A stretch of DNA of 64,000 nucleotides from an uncultured Spirochaetales bacterium (GTDB lineage Bacteria > Spirochaetota > Spirochaetia > Sphaerochaetales > Sphaerochaetaceae), in assembly GCA_949300325.1 (NCBI GenBank), contig CASGDQ010000043.1, forward strand, positions 2,221-66,220, given 5' to 3'. Below are positions 43,777 to 53,180 of this stretch, piece after piece (position 1 is the stretch's first letter; each line of letters begins with the position of its first letter). Position numbers and translations under genes: made by a program. The notes under the pieces were generated by a model. That model was not told the DNA's origin and did not search any database. It saw only the letters and a program-made list of their open reading frames with translations.

Positions 43777-45069
43777 ATGAGTGTTTTAGATAATCTGGAT
43801 ATTCAGCTCGGATATTTGAAGGAAAGCAGAAGCATCCTGGCTTCCTCCAGCCTTGAAGAGAGGAACGATGCTTTGAGGCTCATAGCGGATGCGCTTGAGA
43901 AGAACAAGCAGTTCTTATTTGATGAGAACAATAAGGACCTTGAGGAAGCGGAAGGAAAAATTTCTGCTCAGATCCTTCATAGGCTTGCCTTCACCCAGGA
44001 TAAGCTTGATTCTGTTGTCAGCGGCTTGATGGATCTCATCAAGCTTCCGGATCCGGTTGCAAAGACGTTGGAAAAGAGACAGCTTGATGATGGCTTTATC
44101 TTAGAGCGCAGGAGTTTTCCGATCGGAACGATCGCAATGATCTTCGAGGCCCGTCCTGATGCTCTTGTCCAGATGGTCGGCTTGGCTCTTAAAAGCGGGA
44201 ATGCCATCGTCTTGAAAGGAGGCAGCGAAGCGAAGAATTCCAACCGCGCATTGGTTCGTGTAATTAAAGAGGCATTGAAGGACTCTGCTGTGCAAAACGG
44301 ATGGATACTGCAGATAGAGAGCCATGGGGATGTTGAAGCGATTCTTAAAAAGGATGATTACATAGATCTTATAATCCCCCGAGGGTCCAACGCTTTTGTG
44401 CGCCATGTCATGGATAATACCACGATACCCGTTTTAGGACATGCTGACGGACTTTGCTCGGTATATGTGGATGAGGATGCAGATATCGATCTGGCTGTGA
44501 AAGTATGCGTGGATTCCAAAATGCAGTATCCAGCAGCCTGTAATGCCGCAGAGACGATTCTGGTGAACAGCCGCATCGCCGATGCATTTTTGCCTGGATT
44601 CAAGAAAGCTCTCGAACCTTATTCGGTAGTAATCCATGGGGATGAGAGGACAAAAGGCATTATTTCATGCATCAAGGTTGAAGAAAAGGATTATTATACG
44701 GAATTTCTTGCTTTGGAGCTTGCTATAAAGGTTGTGGATTCTCTTGATGAGGCGATCGAGCATATCCGCATTCATGGCTCCGGACATACGGATTGCATAA
44801 TCACTGAAAACCCGGATGCACGTGACAAGTTCTTCAAGCTGGTCGACAGTGCAGATGTATTCTGCAACTGCTCCACGCGTTTTGCCGATGGCTTCAGGTT
44901 CGGCCTTGGAGCGGAGGTAGGCATTTCAACAGGAAAAATCCACGCCAGAGGTCCTGTCGGTCTTGCCGGATTGATGAGTTACAAGTGGCTCCTGACCGGC
45001 CATGGAGAGACTGTTGCAGAGTATTCTGGGAAAAACGGAAAGAAATTCAAGCATAAGGATATTCTATGA
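43777..45069 (+). CDS. proA: Gamma-glutamyl phosphate reductase
   Basis: 430 aa with aldehyde-dehydrogenase-fold ProA motifs (IFEARPD, LKGGSEA, ACNAAETILV catalytic Cys). Confidence 0.9.
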   Translation: MSVLDNLDIQLGYLKESRSILASSSLEERNDALRLIADALEKNKQFLFDENNKDLEEAEGKISAQILHRLAFTQDKLDSVVSGLMDLIKLPDPVAKTLEKRQLDDGFILERRSFPIGTIAMIFEARPDALVQMVGLALKSGNAIVLKGGSEAKNSNRALVRVIKEALKDSAVQNGWILQIESHGDVEAILKKDDYIDLIIPRGSNAFVRHVMDNTTIPVLGHADGLCSVYVDEDADIDLAVKVCVDSKMQYPAACNAAETILVNSRIADAFLPGFKKALEPYSVVIHGDERTKGIISCIKVEEKDYYTEFLALELAIKVVDSLDEAIEHIRIHGSGHTDCIITENPDARDKFFKLVDSADVFCNCSTRFADGFRFGLGAEVGISTGKIHARGPVGLAGLMSYKWLLTGHGETVAEYSGKNGKKFKHKDIL

Positions 45070-46187
45070 GGGACTTTTCCAAAATCAAGAGGATCGTTAT
45101 AAAAGTCGGAACGAATCTCCTTACAAAGGACAACGGAATAGATGAGGAACGCATAGGAGATATTGCACGCCAGATTGCCGAATTGAAGAACAGGGGCATG
45201 CAGGTCCTTCTGGTTTCATCCGGAGCCATAGGGATGGGAGCAAAGCAGCTTAAGCATTTTTCTCCTGTCGTGCATATCGCAATGAGGCAGGCATGCGCTG
45301 CAATCGGCCAGCCTATGCTGATGAGCGCATATCAGAAGGAATTCGAGAAGCATAATCTTCTTTCTGCCCAGGTGCTGATAACCCGGAGCGTTCTTAATAA
45401 CAGGAAAAGCTATAACAACCTTCGCTCGAGCGTGTCCACATTGCTTGCGCTAGGAGTGGTTCCCATTTTCAACGAGAACGACGTTGTGTCCACAAGCGAG
45501 ATTGGCAATGTGTTCGGGGATAATGACAGGATGAGCGCGCTTGTCGCCTCAAAGATCGATGCGGGGCTTCTGATCCTTTTAACGGATATCGACGGGGTAT
45601 ATACCGGCAATCCCAAAAAGGACAAGGATGTGGTTATGCTTAAAACCATCGAGAAGCTTACCCCCGAGATCTTTTCATATGCCAGAGGAAAGGGATCGAT
45701 GTTCTCTACAGGCGGAATGAAGACCAAGCTTCTGGCAGCTCAGATTGCAAAGGATGGCGGCTGCGGCACAGTGATCGCCTCAGGTTATGAAGAGGATTCC
45801 CTCATTCGGATCATCGAAGGAGAGGAGCTTGGGTCATACATCCTTCCTGATAGGCGTTTGAGCCAAAGGGAGAGATGGATCATGAACACATCGACAGAGG
45901 GCGTGATCGTTGTGGATGACGGAGCGGCTGCGGCCTTGATGAACCATAAGTCCCTTCTGCCCTCAGGCATTGTTGCAATCAAGGGAACTTTTGAAAAAGG
46001 AGAGGTCGTACTTGTAACAAACAAAGCGGGAACCGGTTTATTAAAAGCGGTGCCGAATTTCGATTCAACCGAACTTAAGGCTCTTATCGGCCATAGGAGC
46101 TGCGATATAGATAAGATTCTGGGAAAAGGTAGGAGGGATGTTGTCTTCAGGCCGGAAGACACGAGCCCCGTGGAGCACAATGTCTGA
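45066..46187 (+). CDS. proB: Glutamate 5-kinase with PUA domain
   Basis: 373 aa with VIKVGTNLLT, SSGAIGMG and FGDNDRMSALVA motifs. ATGA overlap with proA. Confidence 0.9.
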   Translation: MRDFSKIKRIVIKVGTNLLTKDNGIDEERIGDIARQIAELKNRGMQVLLVSSGAIGMGAKQLKHFSPVVHIAMRQACAAIGQPMLMSAYQKEFEKHNLLSAQVLITRSVLNNRKSYNNLRSSVSTLLALGVVPIFNENDVVSTSEIGNVFGDNDRMSALVASKIDAGLLILLTDIDGVYTGNPKKDKDVVMLKTIEKLTPEIFSYARGKGSMFSTGGMKTKLLAAQIAKDGGCGTVIASGYEEDSLIRIIEGEELGSYILPDRRLSQRERWIMNTSTEGVIVVDDGAAAALMNHKSLLPSGIVAIKGTFEKGEVVLVTNKAGTGLLKAVPNFDSTELKALIGHRSCDIDKILGKGRRDVVFRPEDTSPVEHNV

Positions 46188-47100
46188 TTACAGGACCATA
46201 CATAGAAAACAGGATCTGGAGATGAAGATCTCCTCTCTGTACCGTCAGGTGCAGCTTGCCATCGGACTGTTGGATGTTTCCAGCAAGGAGGATCTCATAT
46301 CCTCGCTGAACTGGTTCAGGGAGAACATGAATTTCTGCCTCCATCTTGTGACAACCCAGGACCGGGCGGAGGAGATGGACCTGATGGATAAATATCCTGA
46401 GGTCACTTTCATACTTTTCAAGAATCCGACTACCACCGGAGAATACATAAATGCCTTTGCAGATGAATGCTATACCACATATTTTCTGGTTCTCAGGACC
46501 GATACTGTGCTGATAGAGTATCAGGGACAGGCTTTGATGGAGGTGATGCAGGAGAAAAATCATCCGGCCCTCATAACCCCTGTGATGATATCCAGCGAAG
46601 CCGAGATCCTTCCTACCTTGAGAGCTCCTCACTTGAGCGGCAAGGATTTCGATCCTTTAAGCTTCACCCCTTCAATAGAGGAGGCGGGGCTCGAGGAGAA
46701 TCTTTATCCTGTCATGGGGCTTGGGCTGTATGACAGGGCGCTTTTTCAGCGGCTCAGGGCGTATGACGAGCTGATTACCGGAGAATTTTATCAGATGGCG
46801 GATTTCGGCCTTAGATGCTATCTGCTCGGCTATTCGATATATACCACCCGAAGCCTTGCGATCCAGTTTCCACAGAGAATGACCGTCGTCGAGGACAGAA
46901 GCGCTTGCGAAGGGATGAACAGGTTCTATACCAAGGCCATGAGCATCAGAAGGATTGCAGGAAAGAATGTGGTGGAGAAATGGAAGCCCTATGTCGATAA
47001 GCCTCTTTTGAATGATGAGATAAAAAGGAAGCAGGTTGTCATACAAAAGACTGATTTCTTTTCTCTGATGGAGAACTGGAAGGTCGGCAAGGAAGGCTGA
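46180..47100 (+). CDS. Hypothetical protein with weak GT-A (glycosyltransferase family 2-like) resemblance
   Basis: ATG at 46180 overlaps the proB stop by 8 nt. FLVLRTD and MADFGLRCYLLGY loosely resemble the GT2 DxD and ED-loop regions. Confidence 0.35.
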   Translation: MSDYRTIHRKQDLEMKISSLYRQVQLAIGLLDVSSKEDLISSLNWFRENMNFCLHLVTTQDRAEEMDLMDKYPEVTFILFKNPTTTGEYINAFADECYTTYFLVLRTDTVLIEYQGQALMEVMQEKNHPALITPVMISSEAEILPTLRAPHLSGKDFDPLSFTPSIEEAGLEENLYPVMGLGLYDRALFQRLRAYDELITGEFYQMADFGLRCYLLGYSIYTTRSLAIQFPQRMTVVEDRSACEGMNRFYTKAMSIRRIAGKNVVEKWKPYVDKPLLNDEIKRKQVVIQKTDFFSLMENWKVGKEG

Positions 47101-47122
47101 AGCCTTTTGAAAGGAGAATCGG

Positions 47123-47524
47123 ATGTGGCAATGCCCCATATGCGGCAGAAGCTTTAAGAGAAAGGATCAGTCGCATTATTGCTCTGATAAGATCTGCAAT
47201 GTCGACGAATATATCGGCAGAACGTCAGAAAAGGCTCAAAAATATTTGATCATCGTGCGCCGTATACTTTCTGATGCGCTTACCTCTGCCGATGAGACGA
47301 TTTCATGGTCTATGCCTACTTTTAAAGAAAAACGGATAATAATCCAGTATGCCGCATTCAAGGACCATTTGAGCCTTTTTCCCGGCCCGGATGCGGTAAA
47401 AGCGTTCGAAACAAGGCTTTCTCCTTATAAATGCAGCAAAGGAACCATACAGTTTCCTTTTGATGTGCCTTTGGATGAGGATTTGATAAGGGATATCGCA
47501 CTCTGGTGCCATGATCATCGATGA
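47123..47524 (+). CDS. DUF1801 (YdhG-like) domain protein with N-terminal CxxC...HxC zinc-ribbon-like motif
   Basis: 133 aa with a WSMPTF...AAFKDHLSLFPG pattern typical of DUF1801. SD AGGAG upstream. Confidence 0.5.
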   Translation: MWQCPICGRSFKRKDQSHYCSDKICNVDEYIGRTSEKAQKYLIIVRRILSDALTSADETISWSMPTFKEKRIIIQYAAFKDHLSLFPGPDAVKAFETRLSPYKCSKGTIQFPFDVPLDEDLIRDIALWCHDHR

Positions 47525-47531
47525 ATGAAAA

Positions 47532-47549
47532 AGGGAGGATGCCCTCCCT
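47532..47549 (+). terminator. GC-rich hairpin after the DUF1801 gene (possible terminator)
   Basis: agggagg (47532-47538) pairs with cctccct (47543-47549) across a 4-nt loop. The A-run is upstream and there is no T-run downstream on the plus strand. Confidence 0.35.
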
Positions 47550-47646
47550 CTGCCGGACTCTTTGCCAAATGGGAGATGAAAAGCCGGGTGAATGTAATGA
47601 ATAACGGATGAGTGAACCTGATTTGTGAATGGTCGGTATCGTTTTT

Positions 47647-47714
47647 CCGGCTTTAAATCGGCTTAAGTCCAGCTTCATGTATCATAACCGTATCCGGCCT
47701 TAATTCGGCATTAA
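47647..47714. repeat. Four copies of a ~10-nt unit nnCGGCnTTAA arranged as two tandem pairs
   Basis: CCGGCTTTAA (47647-56), ATCGGCTTAA (47657-66), CCGGCCTTAA (47694-703), TTCGGCATTAA (47704-14), inside a 284-nt non-coding gap. Confidence 0.6.
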
Positions 47715-47808
47715 CAAATCTTAAGAATTCTTAATCGAAACGCACATTCTTTGTTATTTCTTCCTTTTTGCGGTGTTTATGTTTTTAAACTGTTTCTGGA
47801 GGTATTGC

Positions 47809-48630
47809 ATGGATGATTCATGCATAGAAAAGCTTGAAAGCCTAAAAAGAGATTCCCTGATGCTTGAGATAGGAGATCCCGCTGTTTACGAAAAAGGGGG
47901 AACAAGGTTTGGAGGAAATCCTGATGTTCCAGAGGATTTTGAATGGCCGTTTGGCAAAAATAGGAACAAGAGCGGCACTCATCCCCTGAGCTTCATAGCC
48001 CAGTTCGATTGTTCTGATTTATCACGATATGAATCGGCTGAGGTTTTACCCAAAAAAGGAGTGCTGTCGTTCTTTTATGACAAGCAGGATCAGCCCTGGG
48101 GAATTTCTCCAGATGAATTCTCGGGGGCCAGGGTATATTGGTTTCCTGATAAGAGCATTCTCAATCCTGCGCCATTTCCATCCTGCCTCGATGATTGCTT
48201 CAGGTTCCCTTCTTTAAAGATAAAAGCAGAAGAGCATTCCTCCTATCCGTCTTTAGAAGATTTCTTGACGCTATTTCCTGGCGAAAGCGAGAATGGATAT
48301 TTCGAGGCCCTGGCAAAGCTTAGAAAAGGATGCAGCTCGCTTTCCTCAAAACTGCTGGGCTGGCCTGATGTAATACAGGATTCTATGGCTGTCAGCTGCG
48401 AACTGGTCAGGAATGGCCTTTCTCTGAGAGACATACCTGATAAAAAGCGCAAAAAGTTCATCGATTCGGCTCTCGGATCCTGGCTGTTGCTGTTTCAGCT
48501 GGATATGGTGGAAAGCGGTGATTTTTCTTTCATGCTGGGCGATTGCGGAATGCTTTATTATCTCATAAGAAAAGAGGATCTGCTTTCATTTCGCTTTGAA
48601 AATGCTCATGCCATGGTACAATGCTATTGA
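47809..48630 (+). CDS. DUF1963 (YwqG-like) family protein
   Basis: ATG at 47809 lies 6 nt after GGAGG. GGTRFGGNPDVPEDFEWP and LLFQLD...GDCGMLYY motifs are typical of DUF1963. Confidence 0.65.
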   Translation: MDDSCIEKLESLKRDSLMLEIGDPAVYEKGGTRFGGNPDVPEDFEWPFGKNRNKSGTHPLSFIAQFDCSDLSRYESAEVLPKKGVLSFFYDKQDQPWGISPDEFSGARVYWFPDKSILNPAPFPSCLDDCFRFPSLKIKAEEHSSYPSLEDFLTLFPGESENGYFEALAKLRKGCSSLSSKLLGWPDVIQDSMAVSCELVRNGLSLRDIPDKKRKKFIDSALGSWLLLFQLDMVESGDFSFMLGDCGMLYYLIRKEDLLSFRFENAHAMVQCY

Positions 48631-49115
48631 TGGAAGATTCATTCGATTTTGCTTTAAAACGGTTTTATGAGGATTTCGGCACATCACGGCATATGGTGCT
48701 CTCCACAGCTTTATCCAACAAGCCTTCCTCAAGAATGATGAGCATTGTCCGCATCGGAGATGTTTTCTATTTTCAGACGGATATGAATTTCAGGAAATAC
48801 GCTTGTCTTATTGAAAATCCGTATTGCTCCCTTTGCATCGATAACATGCAGATGGAAGGCCTCTGTATGGAAAAAGGGCATCCTTTTGATAATCCGGATT
48901 TCATGAGGGTATATGAAAAGAGCTTTCCCTCTTCCTTTTCTAGGTATAGCTCTTTGAAGTGCGAGCGGGTTTTCTCATTTATTCCAAGCTTTTTGGAGCT
49001 TTATTCATACTTGGATGGAAAACCCTATATCGAAGTGTTCTGCATAAAAAAGAAACTTTATAGGAAAATACCTTATGATGGCGCAATAGGATTTTCCTAT
49101 GGTGATGTTCTATGA
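48621..49115 (+). CDS. Pyridoxamine 5'-phosphate oxidase-like (split-barrel FMN-binding) family protein
   Basis: 164 aa with weak fold-level resemblance (MVLSTA...PSSRMMS...FYFQTD). Confidence 0.4.
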   Translation: MLLMEDSFDFALKRFYEDFGTSRHMVLSTALSNKPSSRMMSIVRIGDVFYFQTDMNFRKYACLIENPYCSLCIDNMQMEGLCMEKGHPFDNPDFMRVYEKSFPSSFSRYSSLKCERVFSFIPSFLELYSYLDGKPYIEVFCIKKKLYRKIPYDGAIGFSYGDVL

Positions 49116-49663
49116 AGGATTTTTCGCGCAGCATCACGATGTTTTCCCTATGCGGCCTGAATTGCGGGCTATGTCCCATGAACATTGGAAAATATTGTCC
49201 TGGATGCGGAGGCGGAAGTGGAAACCAAAGCTGTGCCATCGCGCGGTGCAGCCTTTTGCATGGAAAGATTGAATTCTGTTTCCTCTGCAGCGATTATCCC
49301 TGTTTGAAACTTGAGGAATTCGATTCTGCTGATTCCTTCATTCCACATTGCCGGAGAAAGGAGGATATCAGCAAGGCGATTGAAATCGGTGTTGATAATT
49401 ACGTAGAGGAGATCAGGCAGAAGAGGGCGCTGCTTGAACTTCTCATAGCTGAATATGATGATGGGAGAAATAAGACATTGTTCTCTCTTGCCGCATACCT
49501 TTTGGATATGAATGAGCTTGAAGCGGCGTTGAAGGAAGCTAAAAAAGAGGAAAGTCCCGGTGAAGATAAGAAGAATAGGGCGAAACGGATCTGCCGCATA
49601 TTGAAGGAAAAAGCCGATAACAAGGGTATTGTCCTGAAATTGAGGAAAAAGAGCGGCTCATAG
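49112..49663 (+). CDS. DUF3795-type cysteine-rich protein
   Basis: CGLNCGLCPM...YCPGCGGG...CAIARC pattern at the N-terminus. ATGA overlap with the previous gene. Confidence 0.55.
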   Translation: MKDFSRSITMFSLCGLNCGLCPMNIGKYCPGCGGGSGNQSCAIARCSLLHGKIEFCFLCSDYPCLKLEEFDSADSFIPHCRRKEDISKAIEIGVDNYVEEIRQKRALLELLIAEYDDGRNKTLFSLAAYLLDMNELEAALKEAKKEESPGEDKKNRAKRICRILKEKADNKGIVLKLRKKSGS

Positions 49664-49697
49664 TGACAATCCTTTGCGATTATCTTAATCTTTTTTT

Positions 49698-50396
49698 ATG
49701 AAATTCATACTTTTTGATCTCGATGGAACCCTCCTTCCTATGGACCAGGAGGTTTTTATAAAGACATACTTCTCACTCTTATGCAAAAAGCTGGCACCTT
49801 TCGGCTATGAGCCGGATGCTCTGATTAAGGCGCTTTGGCTCGGGACTTCCAAGATGGTGCAGAATGATGGAAGGATGAGCAACAAGGAGGTTTTCTGGGC
49901 TAGCTTTTCATCCGTTTTCGGAGAAAGGGTTTTTTCCGATATGCCGATAATCGATTCTTTCTACGAAAACGAGTTTAACCAGGCCTCATCCGTCTGCCAT
50001 GAAAATCCGCAGGTTCCAAAGCTTATAAAAAGACTGAAGGATGCAGGATATTCCCTTTTCCTTGCAACAAATCCGGTCTTTCCAAAGGTTGCCACGCTTT
50101 CGAGAATGAGGTGGGCAGGCTTGGAGGAATCCGATTTCATAGGGATAACCACATATGAGGATTCATTTTTCTGCAAGCCATGCCTGAAGTATTACGAGCA
50201 GATACTTGAAAAGCTAGGCGCCAGAGCATCTGATTGCCTTATGGTCGGTAACGATACTGCAGAGGACATGGTTGCAAAGAATCTTGGGATGGATGTTTTC
50301 CTGCTTACAGATTGTCTTATCAATCAAGCAGGAGAGGACATCTCAAAATATCCGAATGGCGGGTTTGCTTTGCTTGAAGAGCATATTTTCAGATGA
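49698..50396 (+). CDS. HAD-superfamily hydrolase
   Basis: Canonical motif I FDLDGTLL and motif IV GNDTAEDM. Confidence 0.75.
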   Translation: MKFILFDLDGTLLPMDQEVFIKTYFSLLCKKLAPFGYEPDALIKALWLGTSKMVQNDGRMSNKEVFWASFSSVFGERVFSDMPIIDSFYENEFNQASSVCHENPQVPKLIKRLKDAGYSLFLATNPVFPKVATLSRMRWAGLEESDFIGITTYEDSFFCKPCLKYYEQILEKLGARASDCLMVGNDTAEDMVAKNLGMDVFLLTDCLINQAGEDISKYPNGGFALLEEHIFR

Positions 50397-50414
50397 AAGC
50401 TGATGAAATTGAAA

Positions 50415-50450
50415 AACCCTCCATTTTCTCTGATCTGGAGGGTTTGTTTT
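50415..50450. terminator. Terminator hairpin between convergent HAD and pncB genes
   Basis: aaccctcca (50415-50423) pairs with tggagggtt (50436-50444), followed by TGTTTT. An A-run on the left serves the minus strand. Confidence 0.7.
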
Positions 50451-50460
50451 ATGCTCCTTA

Positions 50461-51909
50461 TCAACCGTTCTGGTCGTCCCTTGCTTTCGTTTCCATTATG
50501 AGCCTTGTCTTCAGTTCCCTGAGCCTGCTTGAAAGGGAGACTTTATAGATGTGCGGGTTGATCTGCCTCTTGTAGCTCTTGTCGAATTCTGTCAGCATCT
50601 CCATGCTCCGGCGCTGGATCTCATGGATATTGATTTCAGGATACAGCCTCTTTCCCTGTTCCATCTTCTTAGAAAGAAGCGGCTTGAAAGTGGCGTAGTT
50701 CTTCTTTTTCATCATGAAGAAATCCTGTGTGCTGAACGGATGATAGAACGGGATGTTTGTTCCCATTTCCAGATCCTCGTCTGCAAGCGTGATGAGGTCT
50801 GCAAGCGCCGAACCGTACATGTCGAAGAATCTCCAGACCTGCTTGATGCCGGGATTTGTGGTCTTCTCATAGCTGTTTGATACCTTCAGCGTAGGAACGA
50901 ACACTCCGTCCTCCTCCTTTGCAGCAAGCTTGTAGACTCCGTTGAGCGAGCTTTGGGTGCCTCCTGTGACAAGATGGGTTCCGATGCCCCAGCTGTCTAT
51001 AGGTGCGTTGTCGTTTACGAGGTTGAGTATGATCTCCTCGGTAAGGTCGTTTGATATTGTGATCGTTGCATCGGTCAGGCCAGCTTCATCAAGCCTTCTC
51101 CTGATCACCTTCGGCAGGTACGACAGGTCTCCCGAATCGATTCTTACTCCGATTTTCTTTCCTTTCTTCTTCTGCTCGAGCCCGACTGTGATCGCAGCAT
51201 CGATGCCGCTTCCTAATGTGTCATAGGTATCGATCAAAAGGATTGCGTTATCTGGATAGATTTCTGCAAACGCCCTGAATGCCTCAACCTCGCTGTCAAA
51301 GCTCATGATCCACGAATGCGCCATCGTCCCTGCAACCGGAATGCCGTATTTTTTTCCCGCATATGCGTTGCTTGTGACCTTGGTCCCACCGATGAAGGAG
51401 GCCCTGGATGCCGAATGTGCGCCATCCTCGCCCTGGGCTCTTCTAAGTCCGAATTCCATGATCGCTCCGCGTCCCTTGGTCGCAAGGGTCATCCTTGAAG
51501 CCTTTGTAGCGATAAGGGACTGGAAGTTTACTGTATTGAGCAAAAGGGATTCTACAATCTGGGCATCTATGAGATCTGTTTCGACCCTTATAAGCGGCTC
51601 TCCGGGAAATGCAGGAGTGCCTTCGTCGAAGGCATATATGTCTCCATGGAAGTGATAGTCCTTCAAAAAATCAAGGAAAGGCTTTTTAAAAGACCCCAGT
51701 CCGGCCAGGTATTCGATATCCTCCTGGCTGAAGCGGAAATTCTCAAGCTTTGTCAAAAGCTCCTCGATCCCGGTAAAGATGATATATCCTCCGTTGAAAG
51801 GATTTGTGCGGTAAAACATGTCGAATACCACACGGGGGTTATGCTTTTTCAGATAATACCCCTGAGCCATGGTCAATTCGTAAAAATCGGTTATGAGCGC
51901 ACTTTTCAT
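50461..51909 (-). CDS. pncB: Nicotinate phosphoribosyltransferase
   Basis: 482 aa with N-terminal LITDFYELTMAQGY and the central GTMAHSW and RIDSGDL motifs. Confidence 0.9.
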   Translation of the reverse strand: MKSALITDFYELTMAQGYYLKKHNPRVVFDMFYRTNPFNGGYIIFTGIEELLTKLENFRFSQEDIEYLAGLGSFKKPFLDFLKDYHFHGDIYAFDEGTPAFPGEPLIRVETDLIDAQIVESLLLNTVNFQSLIATKASRMTLATKGRGAIMEFGLRRAQGEDGAHSASRASFIGGTKVTSNAYAGKKYGIPVAGTMAHSWIMSFDSEVEAFRAFAEIYPDNAILLIDTYDTLGSGIDAAITVGLEQKKKGKKIGVRIDSGDLSYLPKVIRRRLDEAGLTDATITISNDLTEEIILNLVNDNAPIDSWGIGTHLVTGGTQSSLNGVYKLAAKEEDGVFVPTLKVSNSYEKTTNPGIKQVWRFFDMYGSALADLITLADEDLEMGTNIPFYHPFSTQDFFMMKKKNYATFKPLLSKKMEQGKRLYPEINIHEIQRRSMEMLTEFDKSYKRQINPHIYKVSLSSRLRELKTRLIMETKARDDQNG

Positions 51910-53180
51910 TTCTCTATCCTGTCAAAGCCGCAGTAGGGGATCAAAGCCTTTGGAATATCGATGGAACCGTCCTCCCTCTGGTAGTTCTCCATGATGGCGA
52001 CCATTGCTCTTGAAAGCGCGACCGCAGTTCCGTTGAGCATGTGCACAAAACGTGTCTTGCCATCATCGTCCTTGTATCTGATATTCAGGCTGCGCGCCTG
52101 ATAATCGGTGCAGTTGCTGGTGCTTGTGACTTCCCCATACTCTCCGTTCTCTCCTCTGCCAGGCATCCATGCCTCAATGTCGAATTTTCTGTAAGCGGGT
52201 GCCCCGAGATCCCCTGTTGCGGTGTCGACGATGCGGTATGCGATGTTAAGACCGGAAAATATCTCTTCCTCGATGGAAAGGATTTCCTTGTGGAATTTCT
52301 CGCTCTCTTCAGGGGTGCAGTAGATGAACATCTCCAGTTTTGAGAACTGATGCACGCGGTAAAGCCCCTTGGAGTATTGTCCAGCTCCTCCTGCTTCCCT
52401 TCTGAAGCAGTGGGAAAGTCCTGTCATTTTTATAGGAAGCTTTTCCTTGGGGATTATCATGTTGGAGTAGTATCCGCCGAGCGTGATTTCTGCAGTTCCA
52501 ACAAGGCATGTGCCTGTTCCCTCGATGGTGTAGATGTTGGATTCCTCTCCTCTGGGATTGAATCCGATGCCGTTCAAGATCTCCTCCTTTGCTATATCGG
52601 GGGTGATGAACGGCGTGAAGCCATGCTTTACGACGATATCCATGGCATAGCGCTCAAGGGCCATCTGAAGTATGACAGCCTTGTTCTTGATATAATAGAA
52701 CTTCTGTCCGCTAACCTTGGCTCCACTGTCGAAATCGAGCAGATCAAGCGATTCTCCAAGCTCCACATGGTCTTTCGCCTTGAAATTGAATTTCGGAGGT
52801 TCTCCGACGAATTTTATGGCAAGGCTATCCTTGTCCTCTTTTCCAACTGGAGCATCCGGGCTGGCATAGTTTGGGATCGTTCTGGCCGCTTCATTGAATT
52901 CTTGGTCCAGCGTGCTCAGCCGGGCTTCTTTTTCGGCCAACTCTGTCTTTATGCTCTTTCCTTCCTCGATAAGAGCTGCTCTAGCATCAGCATCGAGCTT
53001 GCCCTTCATCTTTGCTGCAGTCTCGTTCCTTTTGGCCCTGAGGGCTTCCGTCTCCTGCAGCACCTTGTATCTTTCGTCCTGGATTGCGATTATTGCATCC
53101 AAGTCGACGTTCATATAGCGGTCGGCGATGTTTTTCTTTATTTCGTCGTATCTGCTTTTAAGCTCTTTCGTATCTATCAT
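51906..53180 (-). CDS. serS: Seryl-tRNA synthetase
   Basis: 424 aa with an N-terminal coiled-coil arm and class II motifs (FRREAG, GTAVA...R). Confidence 0.95.
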   Translation of the reverse strand: MIDTKELKSRYDEIKKNIADRYMNVDLDAIIAIQDERYKVLQETEALRAKRNETAAKMKGKLDADARAALIEEGKSIKTELAEKEARLSTLDQEFNEAARTIPNYASPDAPVGKEDKDSLAIKFVGEPPKFNFKAKDHVELGESLDLLDFDSGAKVSGQKFYYIKNKAVILQMALERYAMDIVVKHGFTPFITPDIAKEEILNGIGFNPRGEESNIYTIEGTGTCLVGTAEITLGGYYSNMIIPKEKLPIKMTGLSHCFRREAGGAGQYSKGLYRVHQFSKLEMFIYCTPEESEKFHKEILSIEEEIFSGLNIAYRIVDTATGDLGAPAYRKFDIEAWMPGRGENGEYGEVTSTSNCTDYQARSLNIRYKDDDGKTRFVHMLNGTAVALSRAMVAIMENYQREDGSIDIPKALIPYCGFDRIEK

